From an uncultured Kofleriaceae bacterium (GTDB taxonomy: Bacteria; Myxococcota_A; Polyangia; HGW-17): a DNA stretch of 64,000 nucleotides. The notes below the pieces were generated by a model. That model had not been told where the DNA came from. It saw nothing but the letters and a program-made list of their open reading frames with translations, and did not search any database. Below are positions 28,511-37,999 of this stretch, in pieces. Positions within the stretch are counted from its first letter, which is position 1. Every line of letters begins with the position of its first letter. Location: contig CAZTZR010000003.1 of the NCBI GenBank assembly GCA_964618145.1, positions 997-64,996 on the forward strand, in the 5' to 3' direction. The translations under genes were made by a program, and so were the position numbers.

Positions 28511-28581
28511 ACCCATCCGACCGACCTCGTCACCTTTGATGGGGTGACCGGGTTTGCCGGGTTTGCCGGGGTTGGATGGGT

Positions 28582-29271
28582 TCAGTACAGGGGGAAACTG
28601 TCTGGATTGGGAAGGTTTCCGGCCTGGGACTGGGCCTCCAGCAGAGGTGCCAGAAGTTGATCATAACAAGAGGGTTCGCAGGTTTCCTTCACAAAGGCGA
28701 GCAGGGTCTGGGCGGCCCGGTCCAGGGGGCGGGTGGCCCGCAAAAGGGAAACTCCCTGACTTTCCCGGGCGGTGACACGTTTTTCCATCAGGGTATCAAA
28801 CTGGTTCTGCATCTCTTCAAGACGGTTCACGAAAGGCAGCAGATGGAACTTTTTCAGCCATTCCATCTGTTCGTCTTCCTGAAGCCACACCAGGCGATGA
28901 TACAGAACGGTGATGTCGCTGAGCAGCGATCCGGTGATGAAGTCGATGGGGTGCAGTTTCTGCAGGATGCCCTTTGCAGGTTCACGGTCTTCGTTGGATT
29001 CCGGGCACAGGATATGGGCCTGCAATACCATGATGATGGCGCGATAGGCGTCATCACGCTGTTTTTGTACACTCTCCAGTTCCTTCATGTACAAATCCTG
29101 CTCGGTGGGGGTGTCCAGGATCATCCTGAGTTCAGACACGCGTTCTTCCAGTTGGTCCGCCAGCAGGTTGGCCGCTGTATTGTTTGCGCATTGATCCCTG
29201 ACCATCCGGATCATCTTTTCAATTGCAGGTATTTTCAGTTCGGGGGGTATCACTCCCATGTGCAGTGTCAT
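28582..29271 (-). CDS. Hypothetical helical protein, last gene of the rSAM operon
   Basis: Start MTLHMG at 29271 with GGAGGA 6 nt upstream. The antisense plus-strand ORF is Gly/His-rich and not protein-like. Confidence 0.55.
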   Translation of the reverse strand: MTLHMGVIPPELKIPAIEKMIRMVRDQCANNTAANLLADQLEERVSELRMILDTPTEQDLYMKELESVQKQRDDAYRAIIMVLQAHILCPESNEDREPAKGILQKLHPIDFITGSLLSDITVLYHRLVWLQEDEQMEWLKKFHLLPFVNRLEEMQNQFDTLMEKRVTARESQGVSLLRATRPLDRAAQTLLAFVKETCEPSCYDQLLAPLLEAQSQAGNLPNPDSFPLY

Positions 29272-29391
29272 TGGTTCCTCCGCAGGGTGGTTTGTCATAC
29301 CGTGGTCACGAAACGCCACACCATTGAACAATTCCGGATGCTATCAGATTTCAAAAAGAAATGAAATTGGTTTGTGCAACAAGTCCATCCA

Positions 29392-30441
29392 TCACCGGGG
29401 CGACAGATCCTGAATGTCCTGTATCAGTCGGCTGCTTTGGATGGCCCGCATGCAAAAGGGGTTTTCTCCAAAGGAATCGCCATTGCCCGCTGCCATGGCG
29501 GTACATCCGGCCCGGCAGGTTTCCGCCATGGCACAGGAGGCACATACACCGGTGAGAAGTCCTGATTTGTTCCGGAAACGGGCAAATGCACCATCGTCCT
29601 TCCACAGGTCCCCCAGTCGCCGGGTCCGCAGGTCTCCGCAAACGAACTCGTCTCCCAGGGACAGACACGGCAGGACTTCTCCGTTGGATCGGATGCCGAT
29701 GACATGGATGCCGGCCATGCATCCGCGCCAGCGTCCGTGGATATGCGGCAGTTCCCCGCCAAGGGGGTGATATCCGAAATCGTCCATGGGACAGATCCAG
29801 ACCTCCGGATCCGACCGCAGGACCCGGGTCACCTTGTTGCAGAATTGTTCATATTCCCGGACATCCAAAGACCAGTCAGCAGCAAAGCGCTCCCCCGTGG
29901 GATTGGCGACCTGCACCTGCCAGGTGATGCCGGAGCCGCGCAGCAGGTCACAAAAAGCGTCAAACTCATGGAAGTTCAGACGGCAGAATGTGGTGATGGC
30001 GTTGACGCGGGGATGTCCGGTGGCCACCAGTCTGTTCAGCAGTTCCATGACACGGTCGAATCCATCCACCCGCCGCATTCGCTGCATGGTCTCCGGGTTC
30101 GTTCCGTCCAGGGAAACCCCGATAATGTGGGGGTTCACATCCACAAAGGTGTCGAACACACGATCATCCACCATCAACCCGTTGGTGATGATGACCAGTC
30201 GCATACCCAGCCGCCCCACCTCGCGGGCGATGGTTTCCCATCCAGGATGCAGTAGAAGTTCCCCGCCAATCAGGGTGATTTCCTCGCCCCCCAGGTCCGC
30301 GAGTTCCCCAAGAACCGACAGCCATCGATCGGTGCTGAATTCCCCTTCCCGGGGTGGCCCCGAGTTGGAAGCGCAATGGACGCAGCGCAGGTTGCACCGG
30401 TTCGTCAATTCCAGGACGGCATATTTCAGCGGGGTTGTCAT
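29392..30441 (-). CDS. Radical SAM/SPASM-domain maturase-like enzyme 1 (anSME/PqqE-type architecture)
   Basis: CNLRCVHC at residues 16-23. C-terminal SPASM cysteines CASCAMAETCRAGC. No N-terminal RRE extension. Confidence 0.85.
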   Translation of the reverse strand: MTTPLKYAVLELTNRCNLRCVHCASNSGPPREGEFSTDRWLSVLGELADLGGEEITLIGGELLLHPGWETIAREVGRLGMRLVIITNGLMVDDRVFDTFVDVNPHIIGVSLDGTNPETMQRMRRVDGFDRVMELLNRLVATGHPRVNAITTFCRLNFHEFDAFCDLLRGSGITWQVQVANPTGERFAADWSLDVREYEQFCNKVTRVLRSDPEVWICPMDDFGYHPLGGELPHIHGRWRGCMAGIHVIGIRSNGEVLPCLSLGDEFVCGDLRTRRLGDLWKDDGAFARFRNKSGLLTGVCASCAMAETCRAGCTAMAAGNGDSFGENPFCMRAIQSSRLIQDIQDLSPR

Positions 30442-31574
30442 GGCAGCTCCAAAAGTGCTTCCAGAAGTTCCCGCCGCTCCAGACGGTGGTAGCAGTATTC
30501 GTTTTCAAGCCGGTTCTGGCACATGGTCAGCAGGATGTCCGGGCATCCCCCGTGACACGAAGGGGCATGGGGACATTCCCCGCATACACCTTCCAGATGA
30601 TCCGCGTGGAGCCAGGAAAGGTTTTCCCGGCAGCGTTCCTCTTCGAGGATGCGCGCAAGACCCCCCGGATCGCGAATGTTTCCCACCACGTTTTCGGGAA
30701 GGGCAAGTGCCGAACACGGGGTGACATCGCCGTTTGCCCGAACGAACAGATTCAGGATGCCTCCCGTGCAGCGTTTTTGCCAGGTGCGGGCCAGAAGGCT
30801 CAGTGGATGCCGGTTCGAGCAGGTAACCAGATCGTCCATGGGAACAATCCGGTGGGGATGCTTTTCGAAAAACCCGGCCACCTGCAAACCCAGTTCGTAG
30901 TATTCTTCAGGTGAAAGGATCAGATCCCTGCCGGCCCGGCCCTTGGCGGAAACCATCTGTACCTGCAGGGTCAGGTTTTCCCGCAGGGCCCAGTCCCACA
31001 ATGCGGGAAGTTCCCCGACGTTGATCCTCGAAAAGGCACTGATGATGCTCACGGGTACCCCGGCTTCCCGCAAAAGACGGATCCCCTCCATGGTGGCGGC
31101 GTGCATCCCGGGGCCCCGGATGGCATCATGTACCTGCGGGTCCATGCCGTCCACGCTGACAGTGGCCAGGATCACTCCGGCGTTTTTCCATGCCCGGGCG
31201 GTGGAGGCATCCACCAGGGTGGCGCTGGTGACCAGCCGAACGGGAAAACCTGCTTCCCGACCGGCGGCCAGAATCCCTTCCAGATCCGGTCGGCAGCAGA
31301 CTTCTCCCCCGGTCAGCGACAACTCCTGCATCCCGGCCTGCCGTGCATCCGACAAAAGGGAGCGGATTTCCTCCAGGGTCAATTCTGCGGTTCCATGCGC
31401 ATCCGGTCCCGCATCCACGTAGCAGTGGGGACAGGACAGGTTGCAGCGCCAGGTGATCTCCAGTTCAAGAATGTAGGGATGACGACAGGAAAATTCCCGG
31501 CCACCGGAGGAATGAAAATACCGGAATCCGTCGCCACTCCGGCGAACCCGGACACCGTCATGCGTGTGACTCAT
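30438..31574 (-). CDS. Radical SAM/SPASM-domain maturase-like enzyme 2
   Basis: CNLSCPHC; SPASM CGECPHAPSCHGGCPD. Stop/start overlap (ATGA) with enzyme 1. Confidence 0.85.
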   Translation of the reverse strand: MSHTHDGVRVRRSGDGFRYFHSSGGREFSCRHPYILELEITWRCNLSCPHCYVDAGPDAHGTAELTLEEIRSLLSDARQAGMQELSLTGGEVCCRPDLEGILAAGREAGFPVRLVTSATLVDASTARAWKNAGVILATVSVDGMDPQVHDAIRGPGMHAATMEGIRLLREAGVPVSIISAFSRINVGELPALWDWALRENLTLQVQMVSAKGRAGRDLILSPEEYYELGLQVAGFFEKHPHRIVPMDDLVTCSNRHPLSLLARTWQKRCTGGILNLFVRANGDVTPCSALALPENVVGNIRDPGGLARILEEERCRENLSWLHADHLEGVCGECPHAPSCHGGCPDILLTMCQNRLENEYCYHRLERRELLEALLELP

Positions 31575-31591
31575 GGATGGTTTCCCGAAAA

Positions 31592-32290
31592 CTAAAAACG
31601 TCCACCGCCGCCATACTTGGTATGCACGCGCGGTGGCTCATCTCTGGGAGCGGGTTTCATGGGCTTGGCAGGAGGCGCCATACCGTCTTCTTCATCCTCG
31701 AAAGGGGACGGGGCCATGGGGGGTCTGACACCTGCGCTGTACCGGTGCTTGGAATAGACCTCTTCCCCGTCCTCTCCGAAAGTGTTCTCCAGATTGGAAT
31801 CCGTCTTTGCTTCCGGTTCTGTCTGAACCTTTCCAGGGGGTTCCGCCTCTTCGGACACTGATTCCGTGTCCCCTTGGGACGACGGCAGGGTGGCAGCTTT
31901 TTCCCTGGGACCGCACCCGGAGGAGGCCAGGGTGACCGCAGTGGCCATCACGGCCACGGAGCCGGAGAAACGCAGAAACATGGACCAGAGTTTCTGGAGG
32001 CGGGGGGATGACTCCCGTTCCATGCGGTTCTTCTGGTGCAAAAAGACCCGTTCGAAGGTCTTGCGGTCCCCGGCCAGAAGCGAACCCAGTCCGTACTGCA
32101 ACTGGGCTTCGGTGTTGCCCGGGTCCAGTTGCGTGGCCTGTTCGAAGCATTCAACCGCATGGGCTGTCCGGCCTTCGGCCAGGGCCATGCGTCCCTTTTC
32201 CATCCAGTCTTGTGTTGTCATGTGGGGCACCTCCTTCGGGTACGAAGGAATTGTACGGGAGGTTTCAGAGTTTGTCCAGCACCTGTTCAC
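31592..32290 (-). CDS. TPR-like N-domain / single-TM / acidic Pro-rich C-tail protein ending KYGGGGRF
   Basis: TPR-like start MTTQDWMEKGRMALAEGRTAHAVECFEQATQLDPGNTEAQ; TM segment LWSMFLRFSGSVAVMATAVTLA. 18 nt upstream of rSAM enzyme 2. True start may be ATG 32221. Confidence 0.6.
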   Translation of the reverse strand: MNRCWTNSETSRTIPSYPKEVPHMTTQDWMEKGRMALAEGRTAHAVECFEQATQLDPGNTEAQLQYGLGSLLAGDRKTFERVFLHQKNRMERESSPRLQKLWSMFLRFSGSVAVMATAVTLASSGCGPREKAATLPSSQGDTESVSEEAEPPGKVQTEPEAKTDSNLENTFGEDGEEVYSKHRYSAGVRPPMAPSPFEDEEDGMAPPAKPMKPAPRDEPPRVHTKYGGGGRF

Positions 32291-32777
32291 AGAGATCCTC
32301 CACCTTGGGATCCTGGAACTTCATTTTGATGGTCTGGCAGCGTATGCGCAGCACCCGCGGCATGTAAGGCTTTTTCCCGCTGTCAAGGTTTTCGGCAATG
32401 CGTTTGAGCAGTCGAATCACCAAAGGCAGGGAATTGATTTCCAGAGCCCGTTCCAGAAACTCCATGTCCGAAGGCAGGGATTCGTTTTCTTCCAGGATTT
32501 GGCGCGCCTGTTTCAGGAAATCACCGGGGTCTTCGATGCGAAGACATGCCTTCACCATGGCGGCCAGGCTTTTGTCCGAAGAACTCTGGATGCTTTTTTC
32601 CTCTTCGGACTTGCGAACCATCTGGGCCAGTTTTTCGGACGAAAACAATTTGTCCACATCCGCTTTGGAAACCCGCATGTGGGAATTGCGTCCGGATTCG
32701 GGGCGTTCGGAGCGGCGCCCGGAACCACTCCGGTCCTTGCGTGCATCGATTTCCTTCCAAGTGGGTTTGTCAGGCAT
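32265..32777 (-). CDS. Hypothetical protein
   Basis: Protein-like ORF in the same operon. Overlaps the TerB-like stop by 8 nt. Confidence 0.5.
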   Translation of the reverse strand: MPDKPTWKEIDARKDRSGSGRRSERPESGRNSHMRVSKADVDKLFSSEKLAQMVRKSEEEKSIQSSSDKSLAAMVKACLRIEDPGDFLKQARQILEENESLPSDMEFLERALEINSLPLVIRLLKRIAENLDSGKKPYMPRVLRIRCQTIKMKFQDPKVEDLCEQVLDKL

Positions 32778-33345
32778 TTTGCTCCGGTCCGGGTTCCGGC
32801 TGCCCGTGCAGCACCATCACGGCATTGTAAACTTCCTGGTTCAGAAAGATGGCCATCTGTTCGGATACCTCGAACCGCCGGGCCATTTCCTTTGCAAACT
32901 CGGGATGGAGGAAATTCTGGTTCAGCACGAAATGGAACACGGAGCGACGATACAGGTAAGCCCGGACTGCGGATTCCAGTTCCTCCACCGTTTCACCCGG
33001 AAGCAGATCCCTGGTCAGATCCTTCAGGAGGTTCTTTTCCGCGTCCGAGAAATTCTCGTCGGCATAGGCTATCATGTACAAAAAGGCCAGATAGGTGGCC
33101 TTGTTGTCATTCGATGAAAGGGTGTCCAGTTCCGAGCGGTCCAGGGGCTTCCAGTCCTTCAGGAGTTCGGGAAAATCCAGCCCGGGAAAGAACTCCGTCA
33201 CGACCTGCTGAAGGAATTCCTTCTCGCGCGGATCCATGTCTTCTCCGTCCGCCTTGGCCATCTGGACGATTCCGCGGAAAATGATCTGCTTTTCCGCCGG
33301 GGTCAGTTCGTTTGCGCGCAGAAGTTGTTCGATTTCCATAGCCAT
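32770..33345 (-). CDS. TerB-like (tellurite-resistance TerB/DUF533-like) protein
   Basis: QIIFRGIVQMAKADGEDMDPREKEFL and FLYMIAYADENFSDAEKNLL repeats. Confidence 0.55.
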   Translation of the reverse strand: MAMEIEQLLRANELTPAEKQIIFRGIVQMAKADGEDMDPREKEFLQQVVTEFFPGLDFPELLKDWKPLDRSELDTLSSNDNKATYLAFLYMIAYADENFSDAEKNLLKDLTRDLLPGETVEELESAVRAYLYRRSVFHFVLNQNFLHPEFAKEMARRFEVSEQMAIFLNQEVYNAVMVLHGQPEPGPEQNA

Positions 33346-33348
33346 GAT

Positions 33349-33729
33349 TCACCTCTTCTCTTCCATCTTTTTCAGGTATTCCTGGAGCAGTTTGTGTTCC
33401 TTCATGCCCACATTGCTGAATCGGATGCCGATTTCGTGGTCCGGCGCACCCTTGACCCAGACAATTTCGCCCTTGACTTCAATGACGGCGTCCAGATCCG
33501 GAAACGTGACAACCAGATCCACGGGAGTTCCCACTTCTTCCGGTTCCGAAGTGGCCAGGCGCATTCCCCCGAGACTCAGGTCGGTGATGCGGTGGTTGAG
33601 AAGGAATTCCCTGCCCGTGTAATCGACAAAGGCTTCAAGTTCGAATCGTTTGTGACGTCGTTTGTCCCGGGTGCTCATGGATGTACAAGGCCCTTTCTGA
33701 AAAAACCTGTTCCAATTCTGGACCGGCAT
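33349..33729 (-). CDS. PilZ-domain c-di-GMP receptor
   Basis: RRHKRFELEAFV (RxxxR) and ITDLSLGGMRL (DxSxGG). Likely start at MSTRDK around 33678. Confidence 0.75.
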   Translation of the reverse strand: MPVQNWNRFFQKGPCTSMSTRDKRRHKRFELEAFVDYTGREFLLNHRITDLSLGGMRLATSEPEEVGTPVDLVVTFPDLDAVIEVKGEIVWVKGAPDHEIGIRFSNVGMKEHKLLQEYLKKMEEKR

Positions 33730-33790
33730 CAGCGTAAAAGAGCCTTGGCATCACGTCAAGGCGAAAATGTGGGAAATGGAGAAAAGAAAA

Positions 33791-34513
33791 CTACTTGCCG
33801 GATGGTTTGCTGTCGCCGGCCTGAAGGACCTGTACTCCCTTGGGGGGAGTGAAGGTGAAAATCCGGTCGGCAATGGGCTTGTTCAATACAATGTTGGAAA
33901 ACGTGATGCGGTTGCGGTTCCCCTCCGAATCAAAGACAATACTGGACACCACGGCCCCCTGTTCGTTGACGATGAACAGCACGGAAGTGAAGTGGGGGGA
34001 AGATTTTTTCGGCAAAAGTTTGATGGCCTTTTGTCCCTTTCCGGCGAATTTGCTCTTGTCGATGATTTTGACGTGGAAGTCATCGACAAGTTTTCCTTTT
34101 CCCCAGAGGAACTTGACCGGAGTGGGCAATCCGCTGTCCTTGATGTCATGCCACATGGCCTGCTTGCTGGAAGGTTCGTACATCCATGCCTTTTTGCCGT
34201 CAATCAGGAAGAGTTTCTTTTCCGGCTTCAGGTAATCCCAGGTCATGAACCCGGGTTTTTTGACGTAGATTTTTCCGCTTTCCGCCGGTTGGTCGCCATG
34301 AAAACGCTTGGTAAATACCTGGGAAAAATCCGCCTGGAAGGTGGTGATCTTGTCGTAATAAGCCTGGGTGACAGCCATGGCGGCCAGGGATTCCTTGCTG
34401 TTGTAGGTACCCAGATCCTCTTGGGGAGCGGCCGGTTTGGCGGCCGGTTTGGCGGGAGGTTTCCCCTGCATGAGCAACGTCATCGTCAAAATGGTGGAAA
34501 CGAACAATTGCAT
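33791..34513 (-). CDS. LolA-like outer-membrane lipoprotein carrier protein
   Basis: Signal peptide; FQADFSQVFTKRF...GKIYVKKPGFMTWDY motifs of the LolA family. Confidence 0.75.
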   Translation of the reverse strand: MQLFVSTILTMTLLMQGKPPAKPAAKPAAPQEDLGTYNSKESLAAMAVTQAYYDKITTFQADFSQVFTKRFHGDQPAESGKIYVKKPGFMTWDYLKPEKKLFLIDGKKAWMYEPSSKQAMWHDIKDSGLPTPVKFLWGKGKLVDDFHVKIIDKSKFAGKGQKAIKLLPKKSSPHFTSVLFIVNEQGAVVSSIVFDSEGNRNRITFSNIVLNKPIADRIFTFTPPKGVQVLQAGDSKPSGK

Positions 34514-34785
34514 GGATATCCTCCTGAACCGGCTTTGTGATTATTGGAACCGGTTGTCGGTGAGGCGGCCTGACGAAAACGGAGGCGGCCACAAGCCCTC
34601 ATACGCCCGATCGGGGCAATTTATTCTCCGAGGTCGGAATGCAGACAATTCCGTGTGCGGAGAGTCGGAAACTAGCATGGGCGAACCTTGCCGGCAAGCT
34701 GATGTTTGGGTCACAAATCGGGAGAAACAGGTTGATGAAACCCGGGAATCTGTGATATGACCATAAACCGTTCAGGAGGAATCCG

Positions 34786-35136
34786 ATGAGGCAAATTATC
34801 ATTTTTGTCCTTTTGAGTCTGTTTTCGGTTCTGGCAATTTCCGGATGTGCCCCGAAGGTGGATTGCAACAAACTGGAAGCACGCATGATTGCCTGCAAGA
34901 ATGACAACTACAAGGCATTGCACCCCGAACCCGATGTATGTCCCCTCGGATCCGAGGAATGCGTGAAGAACCACGAGGAACTCACCACCCGGTATGCGCA
35001 GATCGTCGACACGCAGTTGGTCATTCCCTGCCGGAAGAACAGCGGTCGCGACACCCGGGCCGCCCGCATCAACAAGTGCCTGGATCTCAAGGATTGTGCC
35101 GAAATGCATGCCTGTCTCAAGGAAGTCACCCGCTAG
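34786..35136 (+). CDS. Small Cys-rich lipoprotein
   Basis: MRQIIIFVLLSLFSVLAISGC lipobox; 8 additional Cys; RBS AGGAGGAA. Confidence 0.65.
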   Translation: MRQIIIFVLLSLFSVLAISGCAPKVDCNKLEARMIACKNDNYKALHPEPDVCPLGSEECVKNHEELTTRYAQIVDTQLVIPCRKNSGRDTRAARINKCLDLKDCAEMHACLKEVTR

Positions 35137-35160
35137 CGGTTCCGGAAGTCATAGCTCATC

Positions 35161-36885
35161 ATGCAGGGCATATCCAGGTTTCCGTTTTCCGCCATGCCCT
35201 GGTGGAAAAGACTCATTTTCATAGGTATTCCCATTGGTGTGACCATCCTTCTGGCCGTGGGGGTCCACATCTCCCGCATGAAGGTGACTTCCTGGGTCCG
35301 GGTGTATGGTCTTCCCCGGGTACAGCCGGGTACCCGGAATGCCTTTCGCGTGGTGGTCCGTCACGGGAAGGACAACAAACCGGCCACGCCGGCGCATATC
35401 AAGGCGTATCTCCTGGGAGACGGCCTTCGGCAGTTCATCGGGGAGGGACGTGCGGACAAAGGAGCCCAGACAATCGAGATCAACACCGTGCTTCCCATGT
35501 GGAAGCCCGGCAAATACCGGGTGCAACTGGACATCCGGAGCACCCATGTCCAGGAAAGCGTGGCATTTCCACTGGAGTTGGCGGATCCTCCCGACAAACT
35601 TGGATGGATCCATGAAAGCATGCCCGGGGCCGATGGGGGAAACTATGTGCGCATGCTCACCAGTCCGTTGAGACCCGATGAAGATGGAGTCATTGTCGGA
35701 ATCCATCCCATGAATGGTCGCGGCTTCAAAATGCCCTTCCGGGACGTATTGTTCCTCAGGGCCCATGACACCCAGGGTTTTCCACGGCGGGTCCGCGCCC
35801 AGTTGAAAATGCAACGGGGACGGATCCGGTTGCCCCGGAACGAGGAATGCAACCCCCCGTTTTCCAGACCGGAACCGGATCCCTGCATGATCGAAATCCA
35901 GGATGGCCAGAGCGTACCCTTCCTGCTGGAAACAGACAGTCTGGGTCTCTCTTCCATGGCACTTTATGTCATGACCCCGGGGGTGGTGTTCCTCATTGAC
36001 TATCAGGTACAGGACGGTGCCGGGGAATGGGGTCCGAAGAGGACCATGGATTTCGAGGTGGGAATCGTGGAAGACGATGCATTCATCGCCACATTTCCCC
36101 GGGTGCTGCCCGCCGGTCCGGATTTCGTGTTTCCCTTCCGCGGACTTGGGCGGGGACCGATGTATGTGGACCTGTACAGTGAAACCGGCTGGTTGCGCGC
36201 GGAGTCCGTTCCCCTGAGCGAGATGTTCGGGCAGACCCGACTGGAGCTGGAGGAACCCTCCGGTTTGCGCAAATTGCAGATCAGCCTCTTTTTCATTCCC
36301 ATTGCCAATTCAACCGTCAATGCCACTTTCTGGGTACATCCCCAGGCCAACAATCCCCGGATCATCGAGGACGCCATCCGCATGGCCAGGCGGAACGAGA
36401 ACCTGGATGCCCACACCTTGCAGTATCTTTCCACGCTACTGGACAAGGGGTTGATCTGGCAGCCCGGGTATGTCATCGAGAGCAACATCCATTTTTTTGC
36501 CGGCCTTCTGGACATGTTTCATTACGGGCCGGATGTCCTCACGGACACCCGGGACCACAAGGAGGCGGTTCTTTCCAGATTCAAGCATTCCTCCCAGCGG
36601 ATGGTGTTGTTGATGGTGGGTCTTTCGGGCCTTCTCCTCATGGTCGTCATTTTTGTGGCTGTCTATCTGGCGCTGCGCCAGCGGCACAAAAGCCAGATGA
36701 AGATGTCTGACATCCAGAAGGACGAAGAGGGCAATGAAACCTTCTGGAAAAACCTTCATCATTCCGGCGAGGAAAAGGCCCTGCGTGTACAGGCTGTCGT
36801 TTTCGGCGTCCTGGTGGCCCTCATCATCGGCTTCATCTTTGTCGCCCTGATGTGGGTCCTCTTCAACATCAAATGGGAGATGTAA
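35161..36885 (+). CDS. Hypothetical membrane protein (N-terminal TM, large periplasmic domain, two C-terminal TMs)
   Basis: TMs LIFIGIPIGVTILLAVGV, MVLLMVGLSGLLLMVVIFVAVYL, VVFGVLVALIIGFIFVALMWVLF. Confidence 0.65.
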   Translation: MQGISRFPFSAMPWWKRLIFIGIPIGVTILLAVGVHISRMKVTSWVRVYGLPRVQPGTRNAFRVVVRHGKDNKPATPAHIKAYLLGDGLRQFIGEGRADKGAQTIEINTVLPMWKPGKYRVQLDIRSTHVQESVAFPLELADPPDKLGWIHESMPGADGGNYVRMLTSPLRPDEDGVIVGIHPMNGRGFKMPFRDVLFLRAHDTQGFPRRVRAQLKMQRGRIRLPRNEECNPPFSRPEPDPCMIEIQDGQSVPFLLETDSLGLSSMALYVMTPGVVFLIDYQVQDGAGEWGPKRTMDFEVGIVEDDAFIATFPRVLPAGPDFVFPFRGLGRGPMYVDLYSETGWLRAESVPLSEMFGQTRLELEEPSGLRKLQISLFFIPIANSTVNATFWVHPQANNPRIIEDAIRMARRNENLDAHTLQYLSTLLDKGLIWQPGYVIESNIHFFAGLLDMFHYGPDVLTDTRDHKEAVLSRFKHSSQRMVLLMVGLSGLLLMVVIFVAVYLALRQRHKSQMKMSDIQKDEEGNETFWKNLHHSGEEKALRVQAVVFGVLVALIIGFIFVALMWVLFNIKWEM

Positions 36886-36979
36886 GAGCATGGCCCAATC
36901 CTGGGCCATGCGACCGAGGGAACGAATGTGACCGGATCCATCCACCTGAGGGCCGCCCGCAAAAGGTTATAGGGAACGA

Positions 36980-37996
36980 ATGCAAACACTTTCAGCCATG
37001 ATTCTCGCAGCCGGACACGGATCCCGTTTGCAGGAACTGGGTCGGGACCGGCCCAAGCCCATGCTTCCCGTGGGAACCCGAACCCTGGTGGAGCATGCCT
37101 TCTCGTTTCTGAAACAGGGAGGTATCCGCCAGGTGGTGATCAACAGTTTCACCCATGCTGATTCCCTGGAGGATCATGTGGGGGATGGTTCCCGGTTTGA
37201 CATGCAGGTTCAATGGAGCCGCGAGACCGGGCAGATCCTGGGGACCGGCGGTGGCATCCGGCATGCACGAAGGTTTTTTGAAGGGCACACGCTGGTGGTG
37301 ATGAACGGCAAAATCGTGACATCCGCCAGCCTGCACAATGCACTTGAATGTCATCAAAAGCAGGGAAACCCTGTCACGCTGGTGTTGCGCCAGGATCCGG
37401 AAGCTTCCCGATGGGGCGGATTCACGCTGGATGAACATGGACAGGTGCAATCAATGCTGGGGATCTCCCGCCAGGGCGATGGGACACCGCCTCCTTTGGC
37501 CACCCACATGTTCACCGGCATCAGCATCCTGGAACCGGAATTTCTCGCTGTTTTGCCCGAAGGACCCCACTGTCTGGTCCGTGAAGGCCTGGTTCCCTGG
37601 TTCCGGCCCGGGGCATCAATGGGTGCATATGTCTTGTCATCCGAAGAATACTGGTGGGATCATTCCACTCCTGCCAGATATTTGCAGGGAAACATGAACC
37701 TGTTTGAACCGCACTTGAAGCAGTTTTTCACCGGGGATTTGCCATATCATCCGAGCCGTCCAGATGTGCTGGCCGCGCCAGGAGTCGAACTTCCCGCAGA
37801 TGTTACGGTGTCAGGCCCGGTGGTGCTGGGAAAGGATGTACGGGTTTTACCGGGAGTGCACCTGGACCGTGTGGTGGCATGGGAAGGAGCGTTGATTGAA
37901 AAGTCTCTGTCCTGTGCCGTGGTTACCGGAAACCAGGTGGTTCCCGTGGATCTGTCCGATCCGGGGGCCCGCACGGGCCCGGCCCTGAAAAAATAG
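36980..37996 (+). CDS. Sugar-phosphate nucleotidyltransferase with C-terminal left-handed beta-helix (GlmU/mannose-1-P guanylyltransferase-like)
   Basis: MILAAGHGSRL...KPMLPV N-terminal NTP_transferase motif; C-terminal hexapeptide repeats. Confidence 0.8.
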   Translation: MQTLSAMILAAGHGSRLQELGRDRPKPMLPVGTRTLVEHAFSFLKQGGIRQVVINSFTHADSLEDHVGDGSRFDMQVQWSRETGQILGTGGGIRHARRFFEGHTLVVMNGKIVTSASLHNALECHQKQGNPVTLVLRQDPEASRWGGFTLDEHGQVQSMLGISRQGDGTPPPLATHMFTGISILEPEFLAVLPEGPHCLVREGLVPWFRPGASMGAYVLSSEEYWWDHSTPARYLQGNMNLFEPHLKQFFTGDLPYHPSRPDVLAAPGVELPADVTVSGPVVLGKDVRVLPGVHLDRVVAWEGALIEKSLSCAVVTGNQVVPVDLSDPGARTGPALKK

Positions 37997-37999
37997 GAA

